Below, one piece after another: positions 1 through 10,191 of a DNA stretch of 51,839 bases. Location: sequence record SRR2962707_3462. One strand, given 5' to 3'. Both the position numbers and the translations under genes were made by a program. The notes beneath the pieces are model-generated. The model was given only the letters and a program-made list of their open reading frames with translations. It did no database searches and was not told where the DNA came from. Every line of letters begins with the position of its first letter. Positions within the stretch are counted from its first letter, which is position 1.

Positions 1-60
1 GAACCTAGGTTCTCCTTTTTATTTGTCTGCATGCTGACTGACGATATGAGCCACTGGTTT

Positions 61-1041
61 TTATTCAGAGCCAATCATTCGAGACTTCTTCTTGTTCTTC
101 TCTGCGTACATGGCAGCATCCGCTTCTTCGATCATTTCATCAATGGACTTTATACTCTCACTAGGAAAAAACGTCATGCCAGCACTGAATTCGACCTGAT
201 AAGGCTTATTGATACGAGCATTCATCTCCGCAACCGCCTTGTCAAAACGCACCAGCAGCGAGTGAACATCTTCAAGGTTCGTGCCTGAAAGCATTACAAT
301 GAACTCGTCACCGCCGAAACGCCCAGTAATGTCGCTTTCTCGAAAAGTTTGCTGCAACGTCTCTGCAAACCGAACCAGCGCAAAGTCGCCTTCATAATGC
401 CCATGCAGATCGTTGATTAGCTTAAATTTGTCTAGGTCAAATAAGATAAGTGTGGCCGATAATTTCTTACGCACACACACTTTCAACGCATGCTCTGCCA
501 ACATCAGAAAACCACGTCGACTCGAAATCATGGTGAGATCATCAAATGTAGCCCATTGAATGGATTTTATTTCTTGCTCGATCATGGCGCCAAAATCCTG
601 CAAAAGGCTCATGTCTTCCCGACTTAACTCACGTGGTTTGGAATCCATCAGGCACAAAGTCCCTAGATTAATCCCTGGCCGTAACGCCAGAGGATAGCCT
701 GCATAAAAGCGTATATAGGGGTCATTGAGCACCAAGGGATTATCAAAAAAACGACTATCCTTTAAGGTGTCAGCCACAACGAAAATATCATCTTGATTGA
801 TAACATGGGCGCAAAAAGAAACATCTCTTGGTGTTTCTTGGATCGTTAGCCCTTGGCTAGATTTAAACCATTGGCGTGACTCATCAACAAAACTAACCAA
901 TGTAATCGGCACTCTAAATATGCGTGCTGCCATACGCGTAATACGATCAAACCTCTCATCCTGAGACGTATCCAGAATTTTTAACGCCCTTAAAGCATGC
1001 AGCCTCTCAGCTTCATTTAAAGGTTTTTTAGGCACATCCAT
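61..1041 (-). CDS. GAF-domain sensor diguanylate cyclase
   Basis: N-terminal GAF signature (ERLHALRALKILDT, RQWFKS, SFCAH, IRFYAGYPL); C-terminal DLDKFKLIND..GH..GD and intact GGDEF preceded by an RxxD I-site (RESD). Confidence 0.93.
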   Translation of the reverse strand: MDVPKKPLNEAERLHALRALKILDTSQDERFDRITRMAARIFRVPITLVSFVDESRQWFKSSQGLTIQETPRDVSFCAHVINQDDIFVVADTLKDSRFFDNPLVLNDPYIRFYAGYPLALRPGINLGTLCLMDSKPRELSREDMSLLQDFGAMIEQEIKSIQWATFDDLTMISSRRGFLMLAEHALKVCVRKKLSATLILFDLDKFKLINDLHGHYEGDFALVRFAETLQQTFRESDITGRFGGDEFIVMLSGTNLEDVHSLLVRFDKAVAEMNARINKPYQVEFSAGMTFFPSESIKSIDEMIEEADAAMYAEKNKKKSRMIGSE

Positions 1042-1283
1042 ATAGACCTCTTTTTTGTTAATCGTTCACAACTGGCCTCACTGAAAACAGTGATAGCCAG
1101 AAACACAATAGTCAGAAAATGCGGTTTAGATAATAAAACAATGCTTCGCCTACTTTCAAAAGGGTAGATCACAAACAAACATAAACCAAACCTCGCTTGC
1201 GCTGCCCACTCCAAATAGCCGCTTTTTAAATATCGACTTGTCGTTGCTTATTGACGGCGAAATAGCACACCGATAAAAACAAC

Positions 1284-1307
1284 AAAAGCGAGCAGTCGCT
1301 CGCTTTT
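1284..1307 (-). terminator. Intrinsic terminator after the formaldehyde operon
   Basis: AAAAGCGAGC-agtc-GCTCGCTTTT hairpin 40 nt past the esterase stop. Confidence 0.7.
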
Positions 1308-1347
1308 CAATGCATTTCTACTGCGCGGCAGCGCCTTCCACTAGAGA

Positions 1348-2178
1348 CTAGCTCAATGCTTTAGAGTGAAACTCTAGATGCTCATCAATGAAGCTGGCAA
1401 TGAAGAAGTAGCTATGGTCGTAACCAGGCTGACGACGCAAGGTAATTGGGTGTCCTGCGCTTTCACATGCAACTTCGAGCGCCTCTGGTTTAAGCTGTTC
1501 CACCAAGAAATTATCCGCTTCACCCTGATCGATAAACAGAGGTAAACGCTCTTCTGCTTTCTCGATTAGACAAGTGGCATCCCACTCTTTCCATGCTTTG
1601 CGATCTTCTCCCAAGTAACCAGCGAACGCTTTCTCGCCCCAAGGGCATTGAGTTGGGTTGGTAATGGGAGCAAAAGCAGAAACAGATTGGTATTTACCTG
1701 GGTTTTTAAGCGCACAAATCAAGGCGCCGTGCCCACCCATAGAGTGGCCAGAAATAGAACGTTGATCCGTCACAGGAAAGTGCGTTTCGACCAAATGAGG
1801 CAACTCTTGCACCACATAATCGTACATATGGTACGTATTGGAATAAGGTGCAACCTCGGCGTTTACATAAAAACCTGCGCCTGAACCAAAGTCGTAACTT
1901 TCATGCTCTCCAGGATAGTCCGTTCCGCGCGGGCTGGTATCTGGACAAACAATAGCCAAACCTAGCTCTGCGGCTTTTCGGAACGCTCCCGCCTTCTGCA
2001 TAAAGTTTTCATCCGTGCAGGTTAAACCTGACAACCAGTATAAAACAGGCACTTTTTGCGTCTCAGCTTGCGGCGGCAAATAGATTGCAAACGTCATTTC
2101 ACCACGAACAGACAAACTTTCATGACGATAGCGTTTCAGCCAGCCACCAAAGCTTTTTGTATTGGATAATAATTCCAT
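1348..2178 (-). CDS. fghA: S-formylglutathione hydrolase
   Basis: LSGLTC, GHSMGG nucleophile elbow, GYDHSY; next to class III ADH; start moved to the ATG at 2178 (MELLS). Confidence 0.95.
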   Translation of the reverse strand: MELLSNTKSFGGWLKRYRHESLSVRGEMTFAIYLPPQAETQKVPVLYWLSGLTCTDENFMQKAGAFRKAAELGLAIVCPDTSPRGTDYPGEHESYDFGSGAGFYVNAEVAPYSNTYHMYDYVVQELPHLVETHFPVTDQRSISGHSMGGHGALICALKNPGKYQSVSAFAPITNPTQCPWGEKAFAGYLGEDRKAWKEWDATCLIEKAEERLPLFIDQGEADNFLVEQLKPEALEVACESAGHPITLRRQPGYDHSYFFIASFIDEHLEFHSKALS

Positions 2179-2232
2179 CGTTAGCTTCCTTTGAGTTTGC
2201 ACGGCAAACACCGTGCAAACGAATCAAAAAAC

Positions 2233-3369
<1,137 letters not shown>

Positions 3370-3532
3370 TCAATAAGGTACGAGTTACTTAACTGCTTGT
3401 AGTGTAGTCGCAAATGATTAGGACGATAATAGCTATTTCAGAAAAGGATTGTTGCCATACAGCAACAATCCTTGTCGATATTCCAAAATCCGCGCTAAAA
3501 TACACGCCTCTTTACCAGCAGATAAACACACT

Positions 3533-4417
3533 ATGAAGAATTGGGAAGCAATGGAAGCCTTTATCGAAGTCGTGAGGCAAGGCAGTTTTTCGGCCGCTGC
3601 TCTACAGCTGAAAGTCTCTGCTTCTCATATTAGTCGCCTCATTACTCAGCTCGAAAGTGAGCTGGGTACAACCTTGCTGTTTCGCACCACAAGACGCATT
3701 CGTTTAAGTGAAGCGGGGGAATTGTATTATCACCATTGTCGTGGTCTACCCGAAGCACTGAGCAGTGCAGAGGAAGTCATCTCTAGCCTTAATAACGCGC
3801 TAGTAGGCCCTTTTAAAATAACCTGTGCAACGACATTTGGAGAGCGTTTTATTGCGCCTGTGATAAACGATTTTTTAATCGAACACCCAAAAATAGAGTT
3901 GGATTTTCACCTCAGTAATCGCCCTGTCGATCTTATCGAAGAAGGCTATGACCTTGCCATCCGTATGGGCTCATTAAAAGACTCTAGCCACCTGTCTCGC
4001 CGCTTATGCGACCGAGTAGAATATTTATGCGCCTCCCGCGACTACGTAGATCGCCACGGTATCCCTCATACGTTAGCTGAACTTAATAAGCACCACTGCC
4101 TCATCGGTTCAAAAACTCATTGGTTATTTCAACAAGATGGTCAGCGCAAAGAAGTGAAAGTATCGAGCCATTGGCGCAGTAACTCGGGGCCGGCATTGTT
4201 AGACGCGGTCAAAAAAGGCTTAGGCATTGCTCAACTCCCCGATTATTACGTTGCCGATGAACTGGCATCCGGTGAGCTCATTGCTCTATTGCCACAATAC
4301 CAATACCCATACAGCGGTGTTTGGTTGGTGTATCCAAAAGTGCGGCAGCCGTCGCCTAAACTGCAAAAAGTGTGTGACTATTTGATTCAGCGCTTCAGTC
4401 AACAACCGCCTTTTTAG
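3533..4417 (+). CDS. LysR-family regulator divergent from frmA
   Basis: N-terminal HTH (SFSAAA..LE..LG..LLFRTTRR) and CrgA-like effector domain (DLIEEGYDLAIR); likely start ATG 3533. Confidence 0.92.
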   Translation: MKNWEAMEAFIEVVRQGSFSAAALQLKVSASHISRLITQLESELGTTLLFRTTRRIRLSEAGELYYHHCRGLPEALSSAEEVISSLNNALVGPFKITCATTFGERFIAPVINDFLIEHPKIELDFHLSNRPVDLIEEGYDLAIRMGSLKDSSHLSRRLCDRVEYLCASRDYVDRHGIPHTLAELNKHHCLIGSKTHWLFQQDGQRKEVKVSSHWRSNSGPALLDAVKKGLGIAQLPDYYVADELASGELIALLPQYQYPYSGVWLVYPKVRQPSPKLQKVCDYLIQRFSQQPPF

Positions 4418-4470
4418 CGATTAGCGTGCACGCCCAAGCTATGATTAAATACGCTAAATTGTACTAATAA

Positions 4471-4749
4471 ATGAGTCTCTTTATGTTTTCTCAACAAGAC
4501 CTTGTTCAAGTCGCCCGCCAAACCATGCCGTTTGGAAAATACCAAGGTCGTATTTTGATCGACTTACCAGAAGCCTATTTATTGTGGTTCGCTCATGAAG
4601 GTTGGCCGAATGGCAACCTAGGGCAATGGCTACAGCTTGCCTTAGAAATCAAGATTAATGGCTTAGAAAAGTTGGTTGATCCATTACGCGAGCCCACTAG
4701 AAAACAGGCTAACGAGCCTAAAGTTCGAATTCGCTTTGATGAAAACTAG
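4471..4749 (+). CDS. DUF3820-family small protein
   Basis: MPFGKYQGR.LIDLPE.YLLWF...G...G.LG..L.L..EIK.NGL signature. Confidence 0.85.
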   Translation: MSLFMFSQQDLVQVARQTMPFGKYQGRILIDLPEAYLLWFAHEGWPNGNLGQWLQLALEIKINGLEKLVDPLREPTRKQANEPKVRIRFDEN

Positions 4750-4764
4750 ACATCAAACAGCGCC

Positions 4765-5208
4765 TTAACCAAGCGCTTTTCGATAATACAAAATACCAGC
4801 GCGGGCTTCTTCAAGGGCAAACCCCGCTCGCTCTGCGACTTTTTGTGAAGCTATGTTGGTCGCTTTTATCTGGGCTAAAAGTGTCCCATCCAATTCAAGA
4901 ATAAAACAATCCAACATTTTCTGGGCAACCCCCTTGCCTCGTGCTTTAGGGGAAACCGTCCACGATAAAAGCCACCCTTCAGGGTCTAAATCGGCTCGTA
5001 TTGTACCGACCGCGCGATGGTTTAATTCTGCAATTTGTAAACGCCTTTGATCATTATGGATAGTATTTCGCAACCACTTTAAATGATCTGCTACTTCCAC
5101 TCGACCAGCAGACAGGGATGCCTTACGCGTTGCTAGATCATTGCGCCATTTTAATAAACAATCTGCATCAGCCATGGTCGCGGGCCGAAGGAACAACTCC
5201 GAATTCAT
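4765..5208 (-). CDS. GNAT N-acetyltransferase (RimJ/PseH-like)
   Basis: LRPAT..D...L.WRND, RGKGVA acetyl-CoA loop, N.AS....ERAGF; ATG 5208 with GGAG SD. Confidence 0.85.
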   Translation of the reverse strand: MNSELFLRPATMADADCLLKWRNDLATRKASLSAGRVEVADHLKWLRNTIHNDQRRLQIAELNHRAVGTIRADLDPEGWLLSWTVSPKARGKGVAQKMLDCFILELDGTLLAQIKATNIASQKVAERAGFALEEARAGILYYRKALG

Positions 5209-5456
5209 AGTTTTCTCCAAATAAACAACGGCTTCTATCGAGCAGACCAATCACTGGCTTAAGATCTTGTTCAGATCAAGAAACTCAAGATAATCATCTT
5301 CTTGTTTAATAGGCAAGTATTCCTAGTAGTGAGTCAAACAAAGACGTTAGGAGAATAAGATATGGGCACTTATACACAGTAGCTAGAAGCGATGGCATTG
5401 GGCAAAGACAGGTTGAACAGATGAGCAAAATAGTCACGCGATAATCACTGGCTGAC

Positions 5457-5502
5457 AAAAAAAACCAGCGTAGTGAGGCGTTCCTCACACGCTGGTTTTT
5501 TT
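5457..5502 (-). terminator. Intrinsic terminator after fumC
   Basis: A-tract/CCAGCGT..GTGAGG..CCTCAC.ACGCTGG/T-tract hairpin 35 nt past the fumC stop. Confidence 0.75.
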
Positions 5503-5537
5503 CTCTTCTGATTCAGGGAAAAGAAATCAGAAAAACA

Positions 5538-6914
5538 CTACAAACCACCATGAGTTAATTTTGCTGGATCCAATAATGATAAAAGCTCATCGCGGTTTAA
5601 ATCCGTTTCTTCTTCTGCTACATCAACCACAGGTCGGCCTTCTTTATAGGCTTTTTTGGCGATTTCTGCGGCTTTTGAATAGCCAATAATCGGGTTCAAT
5701 GCGGTGACCAAAATCGGGTTACGATGCAAGGCTTCATTGAGTTTGTCTTCATTAACCGTCAAGGTCGCGATGGCGCTGTCCGCTAATAAGCGACCGCTGT
5801 TGGCTAGCAATTTAATGCTGCTTAATAGATTTTTTGCAATCATCGGCAGCATGACATTAAGCTCAAAGTTGCCCGCCTGCCCACCAATGGTAATGGCAGC
5901 ATCGTTACCAATAACTTGCGCAGAAACCATGGCAACCGCTTCCGGAATCACTGGGTTAACTTTACCTGGCATAATGGATGAGCCAGGTTGCAGCGCTTCT
6001 AGCGTAATTTCACCTAATCCTGCCAATGGTCCTGAATTCATCCAACGTAAATCATTCGCGATTTTCATATAGCTAACCGCCACCGCTTTTAGCTGCCCTG
6101 ATAGTGCGACGGCAGTATCTTGAGAGCCAATTAATGCAAAGAAATTGTCGCCAGGAGTAAAAGTAACATTGGTTAAATCAGACAATTCTTTCGCAAATAA
6201 GGCGGCGAATTCAGGGTGCGCATTGATGCCAGTGCCTACCGCCGTACCGCCTTGTGCTAAGCGAGTAATCTTGGTTTCTAAATATTTTAAATTATCGAGA
6301 TTATCTTTAAGTTGAGCCGCCCAAGCATGGAAGGTTTGATCGAAACGCACCGGCATGGCATCCATCAAATGGGTTCGCCCTGTCTTGGTATACCCTTTTA
6401 AGGCATTGCCTTTTTCTTTAATCGTCGATTTTAAGTGCGCAATGGCAGGAATGAGATGCCCAGTCAGCTCCAAACTCGCACTTACATGGATCGCACTTGG
6501 AATAACGTCATTGCTACTTTGACCAAAGTTCACATGATCATTGGGGCTGATTTTTGTCTCACTGTAGCGATTCGCTATGGTAGCAATCACTTCATTGGCA
6601 TTCATATTAGAGCTAGTGCCAGACCCTGTTTGGTAGACGTCCACAGGGAAATGCGTCATTAAATCAGGGTCATTTAGCAACTCTTCACAAGCATTTTGAA
6701 TGGCGTTTGACTGAGCCGGTGTGATGCATTCTAAGGTTTGATTGGCGCGAGCCGCAGCGGATTTAATTAAGATAAGAGAGCGAATAAACGCCTCTGGCAA
6801 TGCTTCACCACTGACAGGGAAATTATTGATTGCACGCTGTGTCTGTGCGCCGTATAGGGCCTTTTCAGGGACATTTAATTCGCCCATGCTGTCTTTTTCA
6901 ATTCGCATTTTCAT
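5538..6914 (-). CDS. fumC: Fumarate hydratase class II
   Basis: RIEKDSMG, QTGSGTSSNMNANEV, GRTHLMDA, GSSIMPGKVNP signature. Confidence 0.96.
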   Translation of the reverse strand: MKMRIEKDSMGELNVPEKALYGAQTQRAINNFPVSGEALPEAFIRSLILIKSAAARANQTLECITPAQSNAIQNACEELLNDPDLMTHFPVDVYQTGSGTSSNMNANEVIATIANRYSETKISPNDHVNFGQSSNDVIPSAIHVSASLELTGHLIPAIAHLKSTIKEKGNALKGYTKTGRTHLMDAMPVRFDQTFHAWAAQLKDNLDNLKYLETKITRLAQGGTAVGTGINAHPEFAALFAKELSDLTNVTFTPGDNFFALIGSQDTAVALSGQLKAVAVSYMKIANDLRWMNSGPLAGLGEITLEALQPGSSIMPGKVNPVIPEAVAMVSAQVIGNDAAITIGGQAGNFELNVMLPMIAKNLLSSIKLLANSGRLLADSAIATLTVNEDKLNEALHRNPILVTALNPIIGYSKAAEIAKKAYKEGRPVVDVAEEETDLNRDELLSLLDPAKLTHGGL

Positions 6915-6917
6915 GAT

Positions 6918-7286
6918 CTAACGACTTCCTTCTTGTTCCAACGAGCACAAAAAATAATGACTCAACGTTCGTAAGTCATGTTCCATTTTGAAATACGCTT
7001 TGGCGTCTTGATAAGTCACAATCAGTCGTTTTAGATTCGCTAATGGCCGATAGACCATATCTAAGCAGACTTGTCGCCAATTCAGTGCAATGTGTGAATC
7101 ACACACAGTATCCAATAAAACATTGAAAACACGCTGATGCAAGATCACGGCATCATTAATATTTAGCCGCTCAGCGTATTCTTCACTCGTATTGAGATAA
7201 TGGTAGAGTACTTCTGGTGAATCCGCACACTGACCGCCTTGAATGGCTTGCTCTATTACCGAGAAGGGAACTAGATAATGGCTCAT
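6918..7286 (-). CDS. FagA-like small protein, probably co-transcribed with fumC
   Basis: 122-aa ORF ending 3 nt before the fumC start; F.VLLDTVCD......WRQ.CLD..YRPL..L pattern and position resemble Pseudomonas fagA of the Fur-regulated fagA-fumC operon; start moved to ATG 7286. Confidence 0.7.
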   Translation of the reverse strand: MSHYLVPFSVIEQAIQGGQCADSPEVLYHYLNTSEEYAERLNINDAVILHQRVFNVLLDTVCDSHIALNWRQVCLDMVYRPLANLKRLIVTYQDAKAYFKMEHDLRTLSHYFLCSLEQEGSR

Positions 7287-7303
7287 GATGTCGTCCTGCC
7301 TAT

Positions 7304-7323
7304 TGAAATGATAACTATTATCA
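7304..7323. promoter_or_regulatory. Fur box 1 upstream of fagA-like/fumC
   Basis: TGATAACTATTATCA (7309-7323) has one mismatch to the 7-1-7 consensus TGATAATnATTATCA; 7304-7322 matches GATAATGATAATCATTATC at 14/19. Confidence 0.85.
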
Positions 7324-7358
7324 ATAATGAGACGACATTCTTTTCCTGTCAAGTTATT

Positions 7359-7377
7359 GATAACGATTCCCATTAAA
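7359..7377. promoter_or_regulatory. Fur box 2
   Basis: GATAACGATTCCCATTAAA, 13/19 to the classical Fur box. Confidence 0.65.
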
Positions 7378-7411
7378 AATAACTCGATTGATGACCTAGC
7401 TCATGAGCCAC

Positions 7412-7447
7412 AAAAAAGCCCCTATTGCCAAAGGCAACAGGGGCTTT
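7412..7447 (-). terminator. Intrinsic terminator after slyD
   Basis: AAAAAAGCCCCTATTGCC-aaa-GGCAACAGGGGCTTT hairpin; U-tract on the minus strand. Confidence 0.75.
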
Positions 7448-7463
7448 ATGAGACGAATAATGC

Positions 7464-7943
7464 TTAGTGGTGGTGACCGCCTACGCCGTGAGCATGGCCA
7501 TGGGCAATCTCATCGTCTGTCGCATCACGTACGTCTACGATTTCAATGTTAAACGTCAGGTCTTTACCAGATAGAGGGTGGTTCAAGTCCACAAGAGCGC
7601 GCTTTAAACCCGCTTTAATAATGCTGACTTGGCGCATACCTTGATCTGTTTGAACCATAGCAATCATGCCTGGTTTCCAACGTTTTCCACCTTGAAGGTG
7701 TTTCACAGGCACTTCTTGAGTACGGTCTTCATGACGATCGCCGTACGCTTCTGCGCTTGGTACTGTCACTTCAAATTCAGCACCGACTTCTTTTCCTTCC
7801 ATGGCCTTTTCAAGACCAGGAATCACATTGCCGTGGCCGTGTAGGTAAGAAATAGGGTCTTTACCCGCGGAAGTTTCGATCAACTCTTCACCATGGCGAA
7901 GCGTGTAGTTAAATTGAACGACTTGGTTGTCAGCAATGGACAT
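7464..7943 (-). CDS. slyD: FKBP-type peptidyl-prolyl isomerase
   Basis: YLHGHGNVIPGLEKA, DLNHPLSGKDLTF, His-rich tail EIAHGHAHGVGGHHH. Confidence 0.93.
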   Translation of the reverse strand: MSIADNQVVQFNYTLRHGEELIETSAGKDPISYLHGHGNVIPGLEKAMEGKEVGAEFEVTVPSAEAYGDRHEDRTQEVPVKHLQGGKRWKPGMIAMVQTDQGMRQVSIIKAGLKRALVDLNHPLSGKDLTFNIEIVDVRDATDDEIAHGHAHGVGGHHH

Positions 7944-8060
7944 GATATTTCCTCTGTTATTTCAACTCAGCAAGGTCGTTAAGTGTTGACTTAGCGACTT
8001 GGCTCAGCGGTTTAGTTAAGCGGCGCAACCGCGCATTTTGCGCGATATTATAGAGAGTCC

Positions 8061-8651
8061 CTAGAAAATGGCGAACTCTATCGCATCTTCTTTGATTGAG
8101 ATGTCTTTAATCATCGACGCTGTCGCTTTTTCTGTTGTCGAATGATCTAGCACATAAACAGGGTGCGAATCGAAGTAGTTTGCTAAGGCTTTCTCGAAAT
8201 CGTCATGCAAAGACCCCAATGTCGAACGCAGCATTTTGTCACTAAAGCTAGAGCCCTCAACGTCTATTTTAGTGATTTTGGGCGCCACTAAATAAACACG
8301 GTTTTCTTCTAATCGCACACCTGACTCGAACGATGGGTTCACTTGTGTACTAAATGAAAAAGACTGCCCAAATGCGCTTAAGGTGCCCTGTAAATCTGTA
8401 TTAAGGTCCACCAAAGCCAAACCACCATCACGATCGGTTAAATCAATATGGGCTGTTTTTACCAATAAATTCATATCCAAGGTGTTACCACCTTCTAGCG
8501 TTAATTGAATATGATTTTGTTTACTTTGTTCTAACTGCTTCGCGACCGCTTGATTTAACTCAGCTTCACTTATGCTTAGACCGTCACAGCCTGTCAGCAT
8601 CAAAGTGGTTACGAGTAAAACCACGCATGCGATCATTCGACGAATTGCCAT
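8061..8651 (-). CDS. DUF1439 (YceB-like) lipoprotein
   Basis: Lipobox LTGC followed by SISEAELNQ; PVYVLD near the C-terminus. Confidence 0.75.
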   Translation of the reverse strand: MAIRRMIACVVLLVTTLMLTGCDGLSISEAELNQAVAKQLEQSKQNHIQLTLEGGNTLDMNLLVKTAHIDLTDRDGGLALVDLNTDLQGTLSAFGQSFSFSTQVNPSFESGVRLEENRVYLVAPKITKIDVEGSSFSDKMLRSTLGSLHDDFEKALANYFDSHPVYVLDHSTTEKATASMIKDISIKEDAIEFAIF

Positions 8652-8680
8652 CTGTTTCTCCTAAAAAGCCACTTTGTTCA

Positions 8681-9544
8681 CTATCTAGCCCTTTTTTCAA
8701 ACCAAAAGTTCATAAAGTCTTCCGTTACTTTTTGTTCAATCACCATGGCTTCTTCCGTCGGACAAAATAATGAAACGGTGAAAATATTATAGCCTTCAGG
8801 GGAGGTCGTGATTCGCACTTTAGGCTCAGGCCCTGAGATTTTAATGTCTAAGCGCTTCTCAATCAGGCTATTGTAACGAATCGCAACCTCATGAAAGTGC
8901 TCGCTGTATTCCCGTATCTTATCCAGTATTTTGCCTTTAATTTCAAACAAATTGACGTCATCAGTCAGTCTAGAAATCGAAAAGGTATGGGTCACATAGC
9001 GACGCATGTAGTTCAGGTTTTGCACCGTATGCGTCAGCAATACACTGTTGGGGATCACAGTTGTTCGTCCTGTGTAACCGTAACTGCCGCCTTTCAAATC
9101 CACTTCAAAAAGCGTCGTTGAAAGCCAATCGCTGTCTGTGACCTCGCCTTCATAATTGGCAATTCTTACCCAATCACCCACTTGATAAGGTCGAGTACTG
9201 GCGCGATAAAAGGCCCCGACTATGCAAGAAATAAACTCTTTCGTCGCCAATACCAAGGCCACCATAAAGGCAGCAATGGAGATCGCAATATTTTGTAATT
9301 CAGAAGACCAAATTAAAATAAAACCCACCACCAACAGTAGGTTGAAAATATTGTCTAATGAATTGATTCTTTGACGTTTTTTGTCATGTTCTAAGGTCGG
9401 ATGCAGCCGAATAGCGCGCTTAGTAAAGCGACGGATAATATAGGAGAGCAATAGCCAAACAACGGTCAAAAATATTTCGAGGTGGTCTTTCACAACCGAA
9501 AAGTCAAAATCGGAAAAAGAGAGCTGAGAAAAATCGAATGACAT
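8681..9544 (-). CDS. Small-conductance mechanosensitive channel family protein
   Basis: N-terminal TM helices, RPYQVGDWVRI..YEGEV, IPNS.L. Confidence 0.9.
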   Translation of the reverse strand: MSFDFSQLSFSDFDFSVVKDHLEIFLTVVWLLLSYIIRRFTKRAIRLHPTLEHDKKRQRINSLDNIFNLLLVVGFILIWSSELQNIAISIAAFMVALVLATKEFISCIVGAFYRASTRPYQVGDWVRIANYEGEVTDSDWLSTTLFEVDLKGGSYGYTGRTTVIPNSVLLTHTVQNLNYMRRYVTHTFSISRLTDDVNLFEIKGKILDKIREYSEHFHEVAIRYNSLIEKRLDIKISGPEPKVRITTSPEGYNIFTVSLFCPTEEAMVIEQKVTEDFMNFWFEKRAR

Positions 9545-9633
9545 AACAATTAGGTTCCTTCATTAAGGGCACTACTTTATCAATCATTGTATTAATCACC
9601 AACTAAAAGCACTAGACAGAACGAAAAACATTC

Positions 9634-9655
9634 CTGTATATTTATACAGTATAAT
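9634..9655 (+). promoter_or_regulatory. LexA (SOS) box abutting a TATAAT -10 element
   Basis: CTGTATATTTATACAG (9634-9649) is a perfect CTGT-N8-ACAG, immediately followed by TATAAT (9650-9655). Confidence 0.92.
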
Positions 9656-9673
9656 TTTTCACGAGGGTGGATC

Positions 9674-10087
9674 ATGCCTGTAGTTATTAAATACGTTGTA
9701 GAACGTGATGGAATTGAGAAAATGACATTTACTTCCAAAGCTGAAGCCGATGCCTATGACAAGTTACTCGACACAGCAGACGCACTTTATGAAGTGTTAG
9801 AAAGTAGTGATTTAGCAGGAGACCATCAGCAAAAAGAAGCCTTGTCGATGTATCTTGCTGAAAACAAGGACACGCTGCTAGAGGCCTTAGGTGCAAAGCG
9901 TAAGACCACACCAAAGACAAAATCCAAAGCCAAAGAAACACAACCGAAAGAGCAAAACAAAAACGACACTTTGCCGTTAGAAGATCTTGTCATAGAACCA
10001 GATGAAGACGCTATTTACGATGCAGAGGAAATCTCCACCTCATTCGATGAAGATAGCAACGATTACCCTGAAAGCGACGCGGCTTAA
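9674..10087 (+). CDS. yebG: YebG-family DNA-damage-inducible protein with long acidic tail
   Basis: V.IKYVVERDG.EKMTFTSKAEADAYDK.LD.A signature; upstream LexA box. Confidence 0.9.
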   Translation: MPVVIKYVVERDGIEKMTFTSKAEADAYDKLLDTADALYEVLESSDLAGDHQQKEALSMYLAENKDTLLEALGAKRKTTPKTKSKAKETQPKEQNKNDTLPLEDLVIEPDEDAIYDAEEISTSFDEDSNDYPESDAA

Positions 10088-10107
10088 TCCCACAGCGAGC
10101 CTTTAGC

Positions 10108-10136
10108 AAAAACGCCCTCTCCTTGATGGCGTTTTT
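10108..10136. terminator. Bidirectional terminator between convergent genes
   Basis: AAAAACGCC...GGCGTTTTT. Confidence 0.65.
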
Positions 10137-10191
10137 GTCTTTTCTAACTGAGATTTTTGGCTCTAACGATGACTCATGAAGGCTAAGCCCC

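Noticed and set aside
5251-5537. Intergenic region with a 60-aa ORF (5306-5488) and possible sRNA
   Set aside because: The ORF starts inside the fumC terminator and has no SD; I recognise no RNA family, and an Rfam or RNA-seq check would be needed
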